Below are positions 14,511 through 28,112 of a stretch of DNA of 64,000 bases, piece after piece. Numbering within the stretch: the first letter of the stretch is position 1; every line of letters begins with the position of its first letter. The stretch spans positions 186,001 to 250,000 of the forward strand of contig CBFDEM010000001.1 in assembly GCA_965603825.1 (NCBI GenBank). Direction: 5' to 3'. This DNA is from Blepharisma stoltei ATCC 30299. Lineage: Eukaryota; Protista; Ciliophora. The position numbers and the translations under genes were made by a program. Under the pieces are notes generated by a model that searched no databases, was not told where the DNA came from, and worked only from the letters and a program-made list of their open reading frames with translations.

Positions 14511-14647
14511 TTACAATATAAGTGCTTAAAATAATTATAATATTTGAGGAAATGTTTTTAGAAAGAGATAATGATTCAGAAATATTTTATCTTTTAAATC
14601 CTCTTTAGTTAGTTAATAAAAGGAAGCATAAAGTAACCTTTTTAATT

Positions 14648-15170
14648 TAAGATTTAAAAAAATTACTATGCCTTTTAAAGATTTTTCAATTGATGGTATC
14701 TTTATATTTATTATTCATTATATAAAATCCTACCTGTATCAATTCTTCTTCGTAATCTCCGGTTGAATGCTGTCTATTTCTTTTAATTTCGTATCGAAGA
14801 TCATCAAGTTTATTTTAGTAATAAAATCAATTCATTCGATTTTTTGTGTTCTAGTTCTCCCATTTCTTGTAGCTTATTTGTATCTACTAGCATCCAGCAA
14901 TGATATTTTAAATTTAAATAATCTACTCCAACCACATCTTTTAGTCTATTAATAAAATTCCTTCTTTCTATTTTTGAATTTTGGGCAAGCATTTGAAACA
15001 TGTTGTTCAGTTTCTCTAACTAAACACATTTCACACAAATCATTTGGATTCTCATTCTTTTTAATATTACATTTTCAAATCTTTAAAGGAGCGATTCCGT
15101 AGCGTCATTGGGCCTTAATCCTAAATGCATATTAAGTTCCAAAATAAAGCTTTTTGATTTTCTTTTTTTT
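14648..15170 (-). mobile_element. 3' remnant of a non-LTR retrotransposon ORF (best-preserved copy)
   Basis: 14985-15035 encodes CEMCLVRETEQHVSNAC, i.e. C-x2-C-x7-H-x4-C with ETxxH, the cysteine knuckle found downstream of LINE reverse transcriptases. Flanks are frameshifted. Confidence 0.68.
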
Positions 15171-15212
15171 CTAAATGTTATTGATTATAATAAAGTCTTA
15201 TTAAAGAAGCTA

Positions 15213-18200
15213 TTAAAACTGGAGATTTAATCTTGATAAAGAATTTGGAGCCTCTCTATTAGAAAAATTATTTCTTGCAACTTCCTTTCTTATTTTATTG
15301 ATATCGGCTGCTGAAACTTGGCTTCCTATTAAAAATTTGAAAAATATTGTAATATCTGCTCCTTTGTCAGTAATTAGTAAATTTGGAAGCCATTTGCATT
15401 GAATTATTATCCCAGCTATTATAAAGATAAGCCAGAATGAATATTGCATCATAGGCCATAGTAGTGAATCAAATTTTGTGAGTCAATAAAGAGATGATAA
15501 AATAAAATTCCACAAAATTGCTAAATAGGAAATGATCAGCCAAAGATTCATCCTACTATAATTGTAAGAGTTTTGCTTTAAGCTAATTACAATTAAGATA
15601 AGCATAAGGATGATACAGCAAAGGCCATGTAAAGATTCATTATAAATCTTTATCGTCTTATTCATAGAAACTATGATTACTTGAAAAATAGACTTTTCTA
15701 AAATAAAACGGGGATTTGTTTTGATATTGATATGGTCATTAACATTCTCATAATATTCCCGAAAATAAATTGTCAATGGGATATAAGTGGCTAAAAAAAT
15801 TATTGAAAGAGCTCCTCATATAGAATATTCTTGAGTTCAGCAATATGTTGTACAATCATTTTTTATAAAAGAATCAGTAATAATCGAGCCTATTCCTTTA
15901 TCACATTGAAAAATGCTTAAAAGGACGGAAATCATTGGCACAAATAACAAATTTCCAATGATAGGTAGCAAAAGTAAAGATATTTTTCTAGCATATCTCA
16001 GCATCCAACTATCAAGCATTTTCAGTTTAAATATTAAAATAAAAGCTGAAAATATTCAAAAGCAAGCAATAATCATTGCAGAATATAAATAAATTCAGTA
16101 AATATCTCCTGTAACTGAAGAATCAAAATGAATAAGGGAATAGCTACAAGCTTTTGATAACCATATATATAATTCACTTATATCTGGCCCTTGAGATATA
16201 AATTGGAAAAAATCAGCAGCCATAAATCACATAAGAATATAGTCCTCAAAATGTACACGGGTAGCTGTGCTCAATTTTTTTATCGTGATATTTTTTCAAA
16301 ACCTTTTTCATACAGCAAATGCTGTAATAATTGTAAAAGCTATCAGTGCAGCTGATATTCCATATAATATACTAGCGCCGCTATTTGAATTAGAAATTTT
16401 GCTTTTAGGAAATGGGCAGCCATTTTCATACACTATTGTGTCTGTAGGTACTACTGTTGTGTTATCATATCACAAAATGCTCTTATATAAAGTAATCAAT
16501 TGAGCACTATTAATGTCATATTGCCCTACAAAATCCTCATATAGAGATTGAATTCTCTCGTCCCATCTCAAACTGTATATACCTAGAGTTGGAAAACTTC
16601 TCTGATTACCCCCAGACTCAATAGACACAGTCCCAGAACAGCCTACAAACTTTTGCTTTCTCAGGTTTTTATTCATCACTTCATAACTCTTAACATTTTC
16701 GCCTTGCTTTATAGTAAACTCAATTCCATTTAAAAGTAGCATTGCAGCATCAAAAGCCCAGCAGCCCAGATCTGTATGATTTCCATACTTCTCTACAAAA
16801 CCATTTTTAAGCATTTTTCCATATTCCCCAATTCATTCAACTTGCGCTATCACAATTCCTCCATAAGAGAGTTCTAAAAGTTTTCTTCTTTGTTCAATAT
16901 CAGTTTCTAATGAAAATCCATATGCAAGCTTATTGTTTGACAATATAATTATATCCCCTTGTCTTAATCCTGCATCATAAAAACTTTCGGCTATATACAA
17001 TGCAAAAGGAGGACTCAAAAATATTACAAAAAGCCTTACTTTTAGACTAACTATTTCAGCAAACCAGTCCTTTCATATTGGATATTTATCTCTAGTATAC
17101 TCATTATCTATTTTTTGTAGTTCAGGTCTGTTAGCAATTTTAATATTTAATTTTTCTGCCAACGCAATAAAGTATAAATAAGTGTTTTTATTATAATCAT
17201 CATAAAGCACGATAATTTTTTTTCAGCCAAAAATAACAGCCAAGTCCAATATGACTTGTGAGTTAAATCTTTCGTCTCTTATAACAGTCATAAATTCAGG
17301 AAAAGCAGTTTTATTTTGAGTAAGACTTGAAGTCGCATATGGAGAAACGTTAGGGATTGAACACTTTAGAGATCTTAAAGCATATATATATAAAATGCTA
17401 GTTCATGGAGCAAATGAAGTTAGAAAACCAACAGCAGGGATCGTCACTAATTTAGCAAAACAAGAAAAACCGCTTGCTTGGTCATATATAATCATGCCAC
17501 AGTTGCAAGGTGTGGTTGTTATTTTAAAGCCATCCAAAGAGTGAAGTGTTTTATAGTATTCTAAAGCATAAGATAGTGCATCTAGTACAGATAGACCTAA
17601 ACTTGAATTGTCGTATCATATATTGATAGAAGTGGTAGGAGAGTTTGGAATTGCTAGTGAATCTCCTGGATATTTTAAAGGGTTCATTATGTATAATGTA
17701 TCGTTAGCAATACTCCCTGATATGACTTTTAGGTTATTTTGATTATTCAGAAGCGAAAATTTTGAAATTGGATGATGGTCACTTGTATTTTTCAATAAAA
17801 ATTCAAGCAAATCTGAATTGCCATAAGGTTGAGAAAAGCTAAGCACAAGCTTTAAAAAATTGATTATTGCCAAACCTTGATAGCTAATATTGCTATCAGC
17901 TGTTTCTAATCCTGATTCTGTATAAGAAACAACTCCATTTCCATATATGCCTCAAGAGCCCTCACTTCCTACAATAACCCCAGTACCAAAACCAAGTAAA
18001 TCTAATTTTTCTAAGCTTTTCAAGAGCAATTTTGTGCTTTCACCTTTATTTAATATGACAATATTTTTAATTCCGATAGGTTGAATTGCTCTTCCTATAA
18101 ATAAATCTGCTGATTTTTCGTCGTTGATGTTTGAGAAATAAAATCGATGATAATCTTTATCAAAAAAATAATCATAAAACTCATTATTCTCGCTATAAGT

Positions 18201-18623
18201 TTCATCAGATATCACTATAAATGTTTGCCAATTTAGGTAAGAAATAATAGAATATAATGTTTTCATCTGATTTTTCCACGAATTATGCATAAAAAACTCT
18301 CAGTTGCTATATAAAATAGTTGGCTTGGCAATAGAGCCGATAATGAAATTCTGTATTTCAGCAATTTTTTTGATTGATTCTAATAATGAAGCGCTGAAGG
18401 TAAGGTCAAAAACTATATCAGGACTATTGATAACTAGGCCAATATCCCAATAGTTTTCTAAATAGACTAAATTAAATTCAAATTCGTCTTGGAAACTTTG
18501 CTCCAGAATTACTTTCAGGCTTGAAGCAAAGTCTTGCTCTGTGCAAGGACTGTAAGTTATATCAACAATTATCTGACCTTCAACAAGTATAATTGATAAT
18601 AGTAAAGCCTTTAAAAGACCCAT
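15213..18623 (-). CDS. Tandem Venus-flytrap-like + ~9-TM receptor, copy D (~1136 aa)
   Basis: Eight ORF pieces share one frame. 3411 nt from ATG (signal-like MGLLKALLLSIILVEG) to TAA. Confidence 0.9.
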
Positions 18624-18789
18624 TTAATGCATTATTTATCACTTGATCATTATAAAGCAATTAGCAATTTATTCAACAACTTTAATTGTCCAAAATTAAT
18701 TATTCAAACAATTTTTTACGTTTTGTACAAAGTTTATTATTGCAGGTTACAAAATTAAATATGAAAATAAGGCAAAATTATTTTTAAAA

Positions 18790-19930
18790 AGGAAATTAAA
18801 TATTTTTAGAACTTTTTTTGACTTTTATTTTCAAAATTTATTTTATCAAATTGATTCTTATGAGTTTAGCACCCCTAGCAATTGGACTATGCTCTTTTAC
18901 TATAGGAAAAGTCAAGGGATTTGAGGAACGAATATATATCAATATGTGTGATTTAGCTTGGTTTAATCCACCAATATATTTAAAAAATAAATTTTAAGGT
19001 ATTTAGCTGTAATCAAATAAACTCGGTGGAATTTGAATTAAAGAGGACTACGATATTAAATGCTGGAATAAAAAAAATGTTACTATTTTTATTCATTTAT
19101 TATAATTAGAGTTATTGGGATTCCAGCTTTATGCTTACTTAGCTTGGCTAAAAATAGAAGGAAACTTAACGAAATTGGCCCAAGTCTCATCTTTGGGTTT
19201 TTTCGACAGCTAAACAAATCACTTTATTTGCTGCTCTGACATTTAGCTAATGTTTCATAAGTGTCCAAGCTCTTACCGTAATAATGCATTAATAGTCTGT
19301 CATTATCTTCAATACAGCAATAAACCATATCATGCTTTATTTTTTAAACAAAATGGAATTAAGTTAATTTTTGTCCCAGCTACAACAATTTATTGTTGGC
19401 TTTATTTTCGAACAGATCTTTAGATGAGGTCAGTAGATTTTTATTTTTTAATTATTTTGCTTTAAAATTTGTATTTTTATACTATAGGTATTAAAACTAA
19501 TGCAAACTGGATTGAACATTGTCAAAAAAATTGCATTGCCTTAAAGAGTTTCGTTTCTCATATATAGCAACGACGAAAATTATTATAAAGCTCTTAAAAT
19601 AAAAGGAATGTGAAGAGTTTTAATTTTATATTAAATTGCAAAAAAGCCCCTCGTCTATTTAATCCGAGTTTAGAATGGCAGATGTGTTTATAAGCACGAC
19701 TCCAAAAGCTCTAGAAATTGAAGAAAATCCAATTATCATCAAGTCCAGGCTCAATTTTCCGATTCTATGCATTGTAAAATTCTGATTATGATGTCAAATT
19801 GTAAACTCCAGCTGAAAGATAAAAGAAAATGAAAAAATGGACAAAAGACTGATGAAGAGAAGGAAGTAATAAAAGAAAGCGTGCATCAAGTGCCAGAAGA
19901 TAATAGTGAGCTGAAGGTTGATTAATTATC
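18790..19930 (+). pseudogene. Decayed 3' part of the LNR/beta-helix gene
   Basis: Close copy of 13300-14510 and homologous to about 26690-27978. Confidence 0.8.
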
Positions 19931-20406
19931 TGATCCTTCAATTTAATTAAAATATTAGTGCTTAAAATAATTATATTATTTCAGGAAATGTTTTTAGAAA
20001 AAGATAATGATTCAGAAATATTTTATCTTTTAAATCCTCTTTAGCTAGTTAATAAAAGGAAGTATAAAGCAACCTTTTTAATTTTATCGGATACATTAAT
20101 AAGAAGCATTAGAAAAATTTTAAAACTATTCCAATTATAAATACCCAAGAATTCTTTAGTATTCTTAACGAAAATGCGTAAAATAGAAAACCTCCAACGA
20201 AAGACACCAATTTTAAAAAATTCTGACAGTAGTTTTTGATTTATTTGAATCCAGCTTTTAAATAGTCCATGATTCAAATAAAAAATGTAAATATTAGCTT
20301 CATTACTGCTTATAGATTGACTAGTTTTGCCACATCCGCAGAAAGAATTTTGCTTTTTCTTTTCTTTTATCCTTGAAATTTTTTTCTCTTTTGCAAATTA
20401 TAATAA

Positions 20407-23400
20407 ATGATCAGAATTGAGGCTATCTGAATGCTTCAGTTTTTAATTATTGCAAGTTTAACTTTGGGTTTAGATATTACTTGCAATCTAAACGTATGCC
20501 CAAAAAGAAACGTAAGATCTATATAGAGAGGAGATGATTACTGTGACCCACTTTGTATGTTTCCTTATTGTGAATATGACTCAGCAGTCTCATCTTCCCC
20601 ACAAACTCAAATACTTGATTCAGATTGCCTATGAGATTGCTTATATTATATAGGCTGTGATTATTCACTATTAGGCAACGGAGTTTGCGATCAAAGCTGC
20701 AATTCTCCTTATTGTGGGTTCGATTTAGGAGACTGTGGATATTGCTGAAATGGATGTAAACTATATTTAGGCTATGAATATATGCTAGGAGGAACCTGCG
20801 ATGATGCTTGCAACGTCATAGCTTGCTACAACGATATGGGAGCTTGCAAGGATTGCGCCACTAACTGCACAGCTGATATGCTGGGAAATGGGATTTGTGA
20901 TTCTGAATGTAATGGGCCTTTCTGTAACTATGATTTCGGTGACTGTGAGAATTCCTCATGTGCTCCAGGCTGCTATACCTATATGATTGGAGATTCTACT
21001 TGTCAAGAAGAATGCCACATGGAGGAATGCAATTATGATGAGTATGATTGCGATTGCTATCCTGGATGTACTTCTTCGATAAGAGGTGACGGAAAATGCG
21101 ATTCTTTGTGCAATAATACTGCTTGCTCTTTTGATAATCATGATTGTGGGGACTGCTCTTCAGGATGCTATGATACGATGCTGGGAAATCTTGAATGTGA
21201 TGATGCTTGCAATAATAAAGATTGTAATTGGGACTATGGAGACTGTGGATGTGCTGACGGATGTGCTTTATCAGATTTTGGGAACTGCAAAGCTGAATGC
21301 CTTGTTGGAAAATGTGCCTATGATCAGATAAGTTCAGACTCTTCAAGAAGATGCAATAATAAAGGATTAGTTTTACTTGACTTATATCAAAATTTAGTTA
21401 AAGGCTCTTTTGATAGCGCTCCTAATTATTTTTGGTGCATCTATAACTCACGCACTTACAATTCCGATACAGATGAGTGGTCAACTTGTGATGTCACCAA
21501 AGCTTATGATTTCACAAACTGCAATCAAATCTGTGACATTGCTGATTGTGCATATAATTGAATAAACTGTGAGCCTGAAAAATCATATAAATGCAAAGAT
21601 GATGACTGTATAAGCTGCTATGGGACTGATGAAGGAAAATGTTTTAAATGCAGCGATTCGACAGTTCAGCTTTTTGGCTATTGTGCAGAAATCTGCCCTT
21701 ATGGGTATGAAGCTAAATCAATTATGGGCAGCAATCCAATTTGTTTGCCATTAGTCGACATTTCGACACCGAGAAACCCTTATGTTTATTATGCAAGCTC
21801 CAAAAAACATGGTGATGTGACAGGAGGGGAAGGGACTTTGGAGTCTCCTTTTGAAACTTTTGCAGTTGCTTTAGCATTGATTCAAAGGAAATATTCGATA
21901 CTTTATCTGATAAATGATGGGGATTATGAGTGGGCTCCTGTTGACGAATTTTACTTTGTAAATAATTTTATAAAAAATAGCCGATCTCCACTTGCCCATC
22001 ATAACTCAGGAGATACGGGGACAATGGTATATATAAAAATAGCAAGTTTAGATGGGAGCATTATAAAAATAAAGACAATCCCTGACAAATCAAACATATA
22101 TATTGGACTTTGGTCTGGGCTTACCTTAGAAATTGAAAATGTTATTTTTGATGGAACTCTAATTACCACATCATGCTCTAGCCTAATATACTGTAGTTAT
22201 TGTCCATATATCGAAAAACAAATAGATGGCTCATATAAAACTGATCGTGGACAAAAAATAAAGACATCAGAATACTTGTCGTCAACATTTTGCTCGACTT
22301 ATAATCAAAATTATTTATTTGGAGTATCAAATCAAGCTATTTTAAATTTAACAAACGTAACCTTTTCTAATTGGGGAACTCTATATTATGCCTTAATAGA
22401 AAGCTGAGGGGGAAATATTACACTTAATAATGTAAATTTTGATAATATCGTCATTTTTAGTGATGAAGCTGCTGCAGTCATTTCAATGCAAGATTGTGAT
22501 AACGCTTTTTATAATTGTGGCACTTTGAATTATACAAATGGGAAAGTATCTAGAATTAACAATGGCTTTGAATATGCCGATCCGATTGATTTTAGAGGGT
22601 TTTTATATGCTGAAAAAATTCAATATGCAACTTTTACAAATGTAATTTTTGAAAAAAATTTGGTGGCTCTTCAGCAGTCATCCACATTCGAAACAGGCTC
22701 TCTTATTACCCTTAAAATATTTCGAAATTTAGAAATTAATAATTGCCAATTTATTTCAAATATTGCTGATACAGGAATTATTAGCATAGCATCAAAGGGG
22801 CTAAATTTTGTAATAGCTGTAAACGAAAATAATGAGCTTATTGATTTATTGCAAGATCACATTTATATACACAATTCAACGTTTACAGGAAATTTCGGGA
22901 AATTTTATGGGATTTTGTATGCAAGCTTCAAAGGACAACTCCAAAACTTTCGATTTGAAAATCTAAGCATAACTTCTAATGGAGTTGAAAGTGGTTCATT
23001 GATATATGTTATAAATAATGAAATTAAAGCCGAATATGAATTAGACACGACAAAACCAGCAACTTTAACAACAGGGCAAAGAGTAACTGCATTTTATAAA
23101 GCGCGCTGGTTTATTACAAAGTGCATTAATTTTTTTGAAAATTATTCAGGTGGTTCTGGGATGATTGACATTAATAATTTAGTGAATATAGATGTTAATA
23201 GTTTGTCGCTAGATTCCAATGGCGCTAGTACAGATATTGACGTAAATGATATAATACTTAATGATTGAATAGAGGATTCAACTATGTATCTCAAACTGCA
23301 ATACGACGATGCTGCTCTTATTGACTGCGCTTCTATGATATCTGTAGACTCTTCAATTAATATTTCTATTTCAGATTTTAGCATGACAAATAATTATTGC

Positions 23401-26400
23401 AAGGAATCTTCGCCTGTGTTTATCTTATCAAAAATTGGAGAATTGTCAATTTCAAGGTTTAATTGCACAAAAAACGAAGGAAATGGAGACCATCCGATAT
23501 GCCTGTATGTAGCAGCAGCTATAGAAACCTCAATTATAAACTCCACTTTTATAAGCAATGCTAACAATCTTTCATCTGGGTCAGGAGCAATTGGAACTAT
23601 AACTTCAAATTTAAACTTGACCTTAGAAAATTGCTTATTTCAATCGAACTCTGCTGGATATGGAGGAGCATTATATTTCCAAGGGAGATATTTAAATATT
23701 TCAAAAAGTATTTTTATTATGAATAAATCCCCAAATGAGCTTGGAGGAGCAATTTATTATTCTCCTCAAATTATTTATAAAAATTCAGGATTTTTTATTG
23801 ACAGCTGTAATTTCAACAAAAATCAAGCTATCAGTTATGGAGGTGCTATCTATATTGAAGAGAAAATTATCGGTTCTACAAAAATAGATCTTCAATTTAA
23901 AAACGTTTCTTTTTTCTATAATTCTGCTGAAAATGGTGCTGCTATTTATATTGAAAAAACAGCTGCTTTAAGCCAATATTCTTCAATAGAAGATTCTCAT
24001 TTTTTAAACAATACAGCAGAGACATCAGGGACTTTATCAATTTCATTTTATAATGGAATTTTGTCAATAACTGATACTGATTTTTCAAAAAATTACGCGA
24101 AATGAGGGTCAGCCATTTATATCACCACAAAAGAAGATGGGTCTTCGTTAAGATCGCAAACTATATTAGACACATGCACAATTACAAATAACTCAGGAGA
24201 GTCAATTATTCATATGGATGATTTAAGCCAATATTCATATTTGGAAACGACAAATTGTCTTTTTGAGTGAAACTTAGGGACAGTTATATTGCTTAATTAT
24301 GATAATTGGGTAGAAACAGCATCAATATTTAGATATAATACTGCAATTAAAGGAGGAAGCTCAGTAAGTCTGCAAAACCAAGCAACAGGGGAGTCAACAG
24401 GCACTATTTTTTATGAAAATATAAGCAAAGCGACTGGAGGTGCTGCATCGATTAGCTCTCAATCAATTTTTAAATGCTCTTTTTGCAACTTTACAAATAA
24501 TTATGCAGAAAATTCTGGTGGAGTTATTTATGTCGAGCAAAACTCATTGATTTTAATTGAGGATTCTATAATTACAGGAAATTCTTGTCTTAGGAAGGGC
24601 TCTGTGATGTATCTTTTAGGCACTTCTTTAGTTTCTTCTCAGATAATAAGAACAAATATATACAATAACAAAGCATCTGAAGGAGCAATCGTCCTTCTAG
24701 ATGCGTCGATTTTGATTAACTCTTCCAAAATCCATGAAAATTCAGCAGATGAAGCAAGCCCCGGGCTGATTTTGACCCTCTCAAGTGCAAATATTTCGAG
24801 CTCTCAATTTTATTCTCAGCCGAGTAAGCAAGGATGCTTTATATATTCATCAACCCAGAGCTCTTTATATATTTCAAACTCAACCTTTAAAGATGCAGTT
24901 TCTTCAGGCTCAGGAGGTGCCATATTTGCTATTTCCACCTCAATTACAGCATTAAACTGTGTTTTTTCAAATCTTCAAGCAAACTCTGGAGGGGCAATTC
25001 TAGCTTATTCAGATAGCTCTCTTTTTATTCAGTCATCCAATTTTACACACCTTACTTCATACAGCACTGGTGCAGTTTTTGATTTATATCAAAGCAACGT
25101 AACAATATTGAACTCATTTTTTGAAAATTTCTCCAGTACTGGAATCTATGGTGACAAATTAGGAAATTTATATGTTACAGGCTCATCTTTTAATAGTGCC
25201 AATGGAGTTAATGGCGGAGCCATCTATTGCATAGCTTGCTCTGATATAGCCATCAAAACCAGTAGATTTGTGAACTGCAATGCTACCCTAGGCGGCGCTG
25301 TTCATTTGATAACTTCTTCAGATTCAATGATAAACTCTGTGTATATTGTAGATGAGACTTACTTTATAAATAACACAGCTTTAAATGGAGGTGCGGTCTA
25401 TGCAAATAACATCTTATTGAATCTAACAAACTCTTTCATATACCATAATCATGCGTATGTATCAGACTCAGATCAAGCAAATACCAAAATTCAATATGGA
25501 ATTGGAGGAGGCCTTTTCTTAAATTGTAAAGATCTTGATATATGCAAATTTTATCTTATTAATAATTATTTTAGAGGGAACGCAGCAAGCTATAATGGAG
25601 GTGCCTATGCATGGGATGACATTATGCCGATTTCTATCGATAATATTTTTTTGAATAATTCAGCCGCTTATGCGCCAAATGTTGCATCATATCCTATTTC
25701 AATGGTCGCAGAATCAAGTAATTCATCATTAAGAAGGCTCGAAAGCAGAAGCCTAGGAGCTCCTCCAATTATAGCTAATTTAGAAAATGTAGCCTCAGGC
25801 CAAACTTATACAACACCATTAATTATTGCTTTAATTGATCATGATGGAAATGTAGTAAAGACTGATAATACAAGTACTGCTGAGCTTCAGACTATTGATA
25901 ACAAAACAACAGTTTCTGGTTTAATCAGGGTAGTAGCAGTTGAAGGTATTTATACATTTTCTTCGTTTACACTAACTGGGTATCCAGGAGTAAATACAAA
26001 GATTTTAGTATATACATCAGCTATTGATACATCGAAAAGTACTAAGGCCAAAGATGACGCAGAGTATCATCAAATTATGCTTATTAACGTTACTTTTAGA
26101 CTTTGCCAGATTGGAGAAGCAACTGTAGGAAATTTATGCAAAATCTGTGGGTCGAACTATTATAGTTTAGACCCCTCCATCCCTGAATGTCTGACATGCC
26201 CTGATGATGCAATTTGTTATGGAAATTATACAATGGTTCCAAAGCGTGGGTATTGGCGAGATAATATGTATGCAAGCGTTTTTTGAAAATGCCCAAACTC
26301 TGATGCATGTCTTGGCTCGCCTGACGCTGAAAACATTTCATATACAGGAGAATGCGACAAAGGGTATAAAGGAAATATGTGTCAATCTTGTGAATATGGA

Positions 26401-27978
26401 TATTCAAAAACAGCTGATGAAACGTGCAGTCCTTGCCCAGACGAATCTTCGAATAGTTTGAGAATTGCTGGCGTTTCTATAAGTCTCATAATTATCTGTG
26501 CAATTATGGTAAATTCAACTCGAAGATCTGCATTTAAACCTACATCACTAGCATCGATTTACATAAAAATTTTTATGAATTATTTACAGTTAGTTATGCT
26601 TGTGACTACTTTTAACTTAAAATGACCAAGTCTTGTGTGGAAAGTATTTGCTATACAAAATACAGCTGGCTCAGCAAATGATCAAATTTTTTCTTTTGAC
26701 TGTTTTTTGCAGATTAAAGATGAACCTGATCAGTATTATTACAGCAAGCTAATTCTAATGAGTCTTGCACCTTTAGTTATTGCACTAGTTTCCTTAACCG
26801 TATGAATTTTAATTTATACTAAGAGGAAAAACTTAAGGCATTTTCGGAATGATTATATATCTACATGTGTTATTTTACTATTTTTAATCCACCCAAATAT
26901 CGTTAAAATGATGTTTGGTGCATTCAGTTGTAAACAAATAAATTCAGGGGAGCGGTGACTTACAGTAGATTACGATATAAGGTGCTGAGATAGCAAACAT
27001 ATCTTTTATTTGTGCTTAGTTGTTATTCCTTCTATTATACTCTGGGGGATTGGAATTCCTGCTTTGTGCTTACTTAATTTAGTGAAAAACCGAAGAAAAC
27101 TCAATGAAATCGGCCCAAGGCTCATGTTTGGTTTCTTCTTCAATGGCTATAAAAAGTCATGCTATTACTGAGAATTTATTATATTATATAGAAAAATATT
27201 AGTTATCTGCTGCTCTGTTTTTTTAGCTAATATATCTGTCAGTGTTCAAGCCCTTACCGTAACAATAATACTAGCAGCCTCCCTCCACTTACACTATACA
27301 AATAGTCCCTATAGCGGCCCAGCTTTAAATGAACTGGAATTAAGATCGATTTTTGTATCAGCCACTACAATTTATTGTGGCCTTTATTTTTTAACAGATT
27401 CTTTAGATGAAATTAGCCGATTTATATTTTTCTTGATTATAGTGTTCTCAAACATTTATTTTTTATATTATTGGCTTTTTAAATTAATAGATACAGGATT
27501 GAGGAATTTGCAAAAAAGAATACCTTTTCTCAAGCACAAGTGATATAAAAATGATGGCTATGATGATAAATTATTCGAAAATCCTAAAAAAGGTCATATA
27601 GTAACAAAGGAAGGTGAAGAATTTTATTCAATTGTGCACAGCATCCCAAAGAAAAAAGACTCGAAAGATGTATTTGATCCACGTTTAACTATGGCTGATG
27701 TGTTTATAAGCATGATACCAGAAGCACTTGAATATGACGAAAGTTTAGAAAGCATTTCACTAAATCGAGGTCTTGAATCAATCTCTAGCAAAAATTCAAT
27801 GTTTGATGTTGAATTACCAACATCAGCTGAAAGGTCTAAGGAAAAAGAGAGACATTTGCCTTTAACTGATGGAGAAGAAGAAAAAGAAGAAAAAGAAGAA
27901 AAGAAAGAAAAAGAAGAAAAATTGGAAAGCTTGGATGCCACATTGGAGCAGGAGATGATTGAGCTAAAAGTTGATTAA
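20407..27978 (+). CDS. ~2510-aa surface protein: signal peptide, LNR (Lin-12/Notch)-like repeats, Pmp-like GGA(I/V)/FxxN beta-helix, Cys-rich stalk, ~9-TM module, acidic tail; two 15-nt introns
   Basis: Large ORF pieces all share one frame with TGA=Trp. Contains CDDACNVIACYNDMGAC-type repeats, GEGTLESPF, many GGAI/FxxN motifs, DYDIRCWDSKH and YWEFIILYRK. Confidence 0.9.
20512..20526 (+). other. 15-nt spliceosomal intron
   Basis: gtaagatctatatag. Splicing removes an in-frame TAG and gives CPKRNRGDDYCDP. Confidence 0.88.
20756..20770 (+). other. 15-nt in-frame, stop-less intron
   Basis: gtaaactatatttag. Removal gives GCYEYMLG, matching sister repeats GCYTYMIG and GCYDTMLG. Confidence 0.82.
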
Positions 27979-28112
27979 TCTGAATAACTATATTTTAATT
28001 CTAGAGTCAAATGGAAGTAAATACACTCAAACAGAGAAAGAGCAAGATCCTAGAATTTAACCATAAAATTTTGATATATTTAATAATTCTTTTAGCCATA
28101 TAACTCATCGGA

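Larger units (their letters stand above)
9300..20085. repeat. ~5.5-kb tandem segmental duplication (units ~9300-14647 and ~14648-20085; partial third unit at <1-4347)
   Basis: Each unit has the same order: LINE remnant, receptor gene, decayed LNR-gene fragment. 14520-14645 matches 19950-20085, and the receptor stop codons are 5500 bp apart. Confidence 0.85.
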
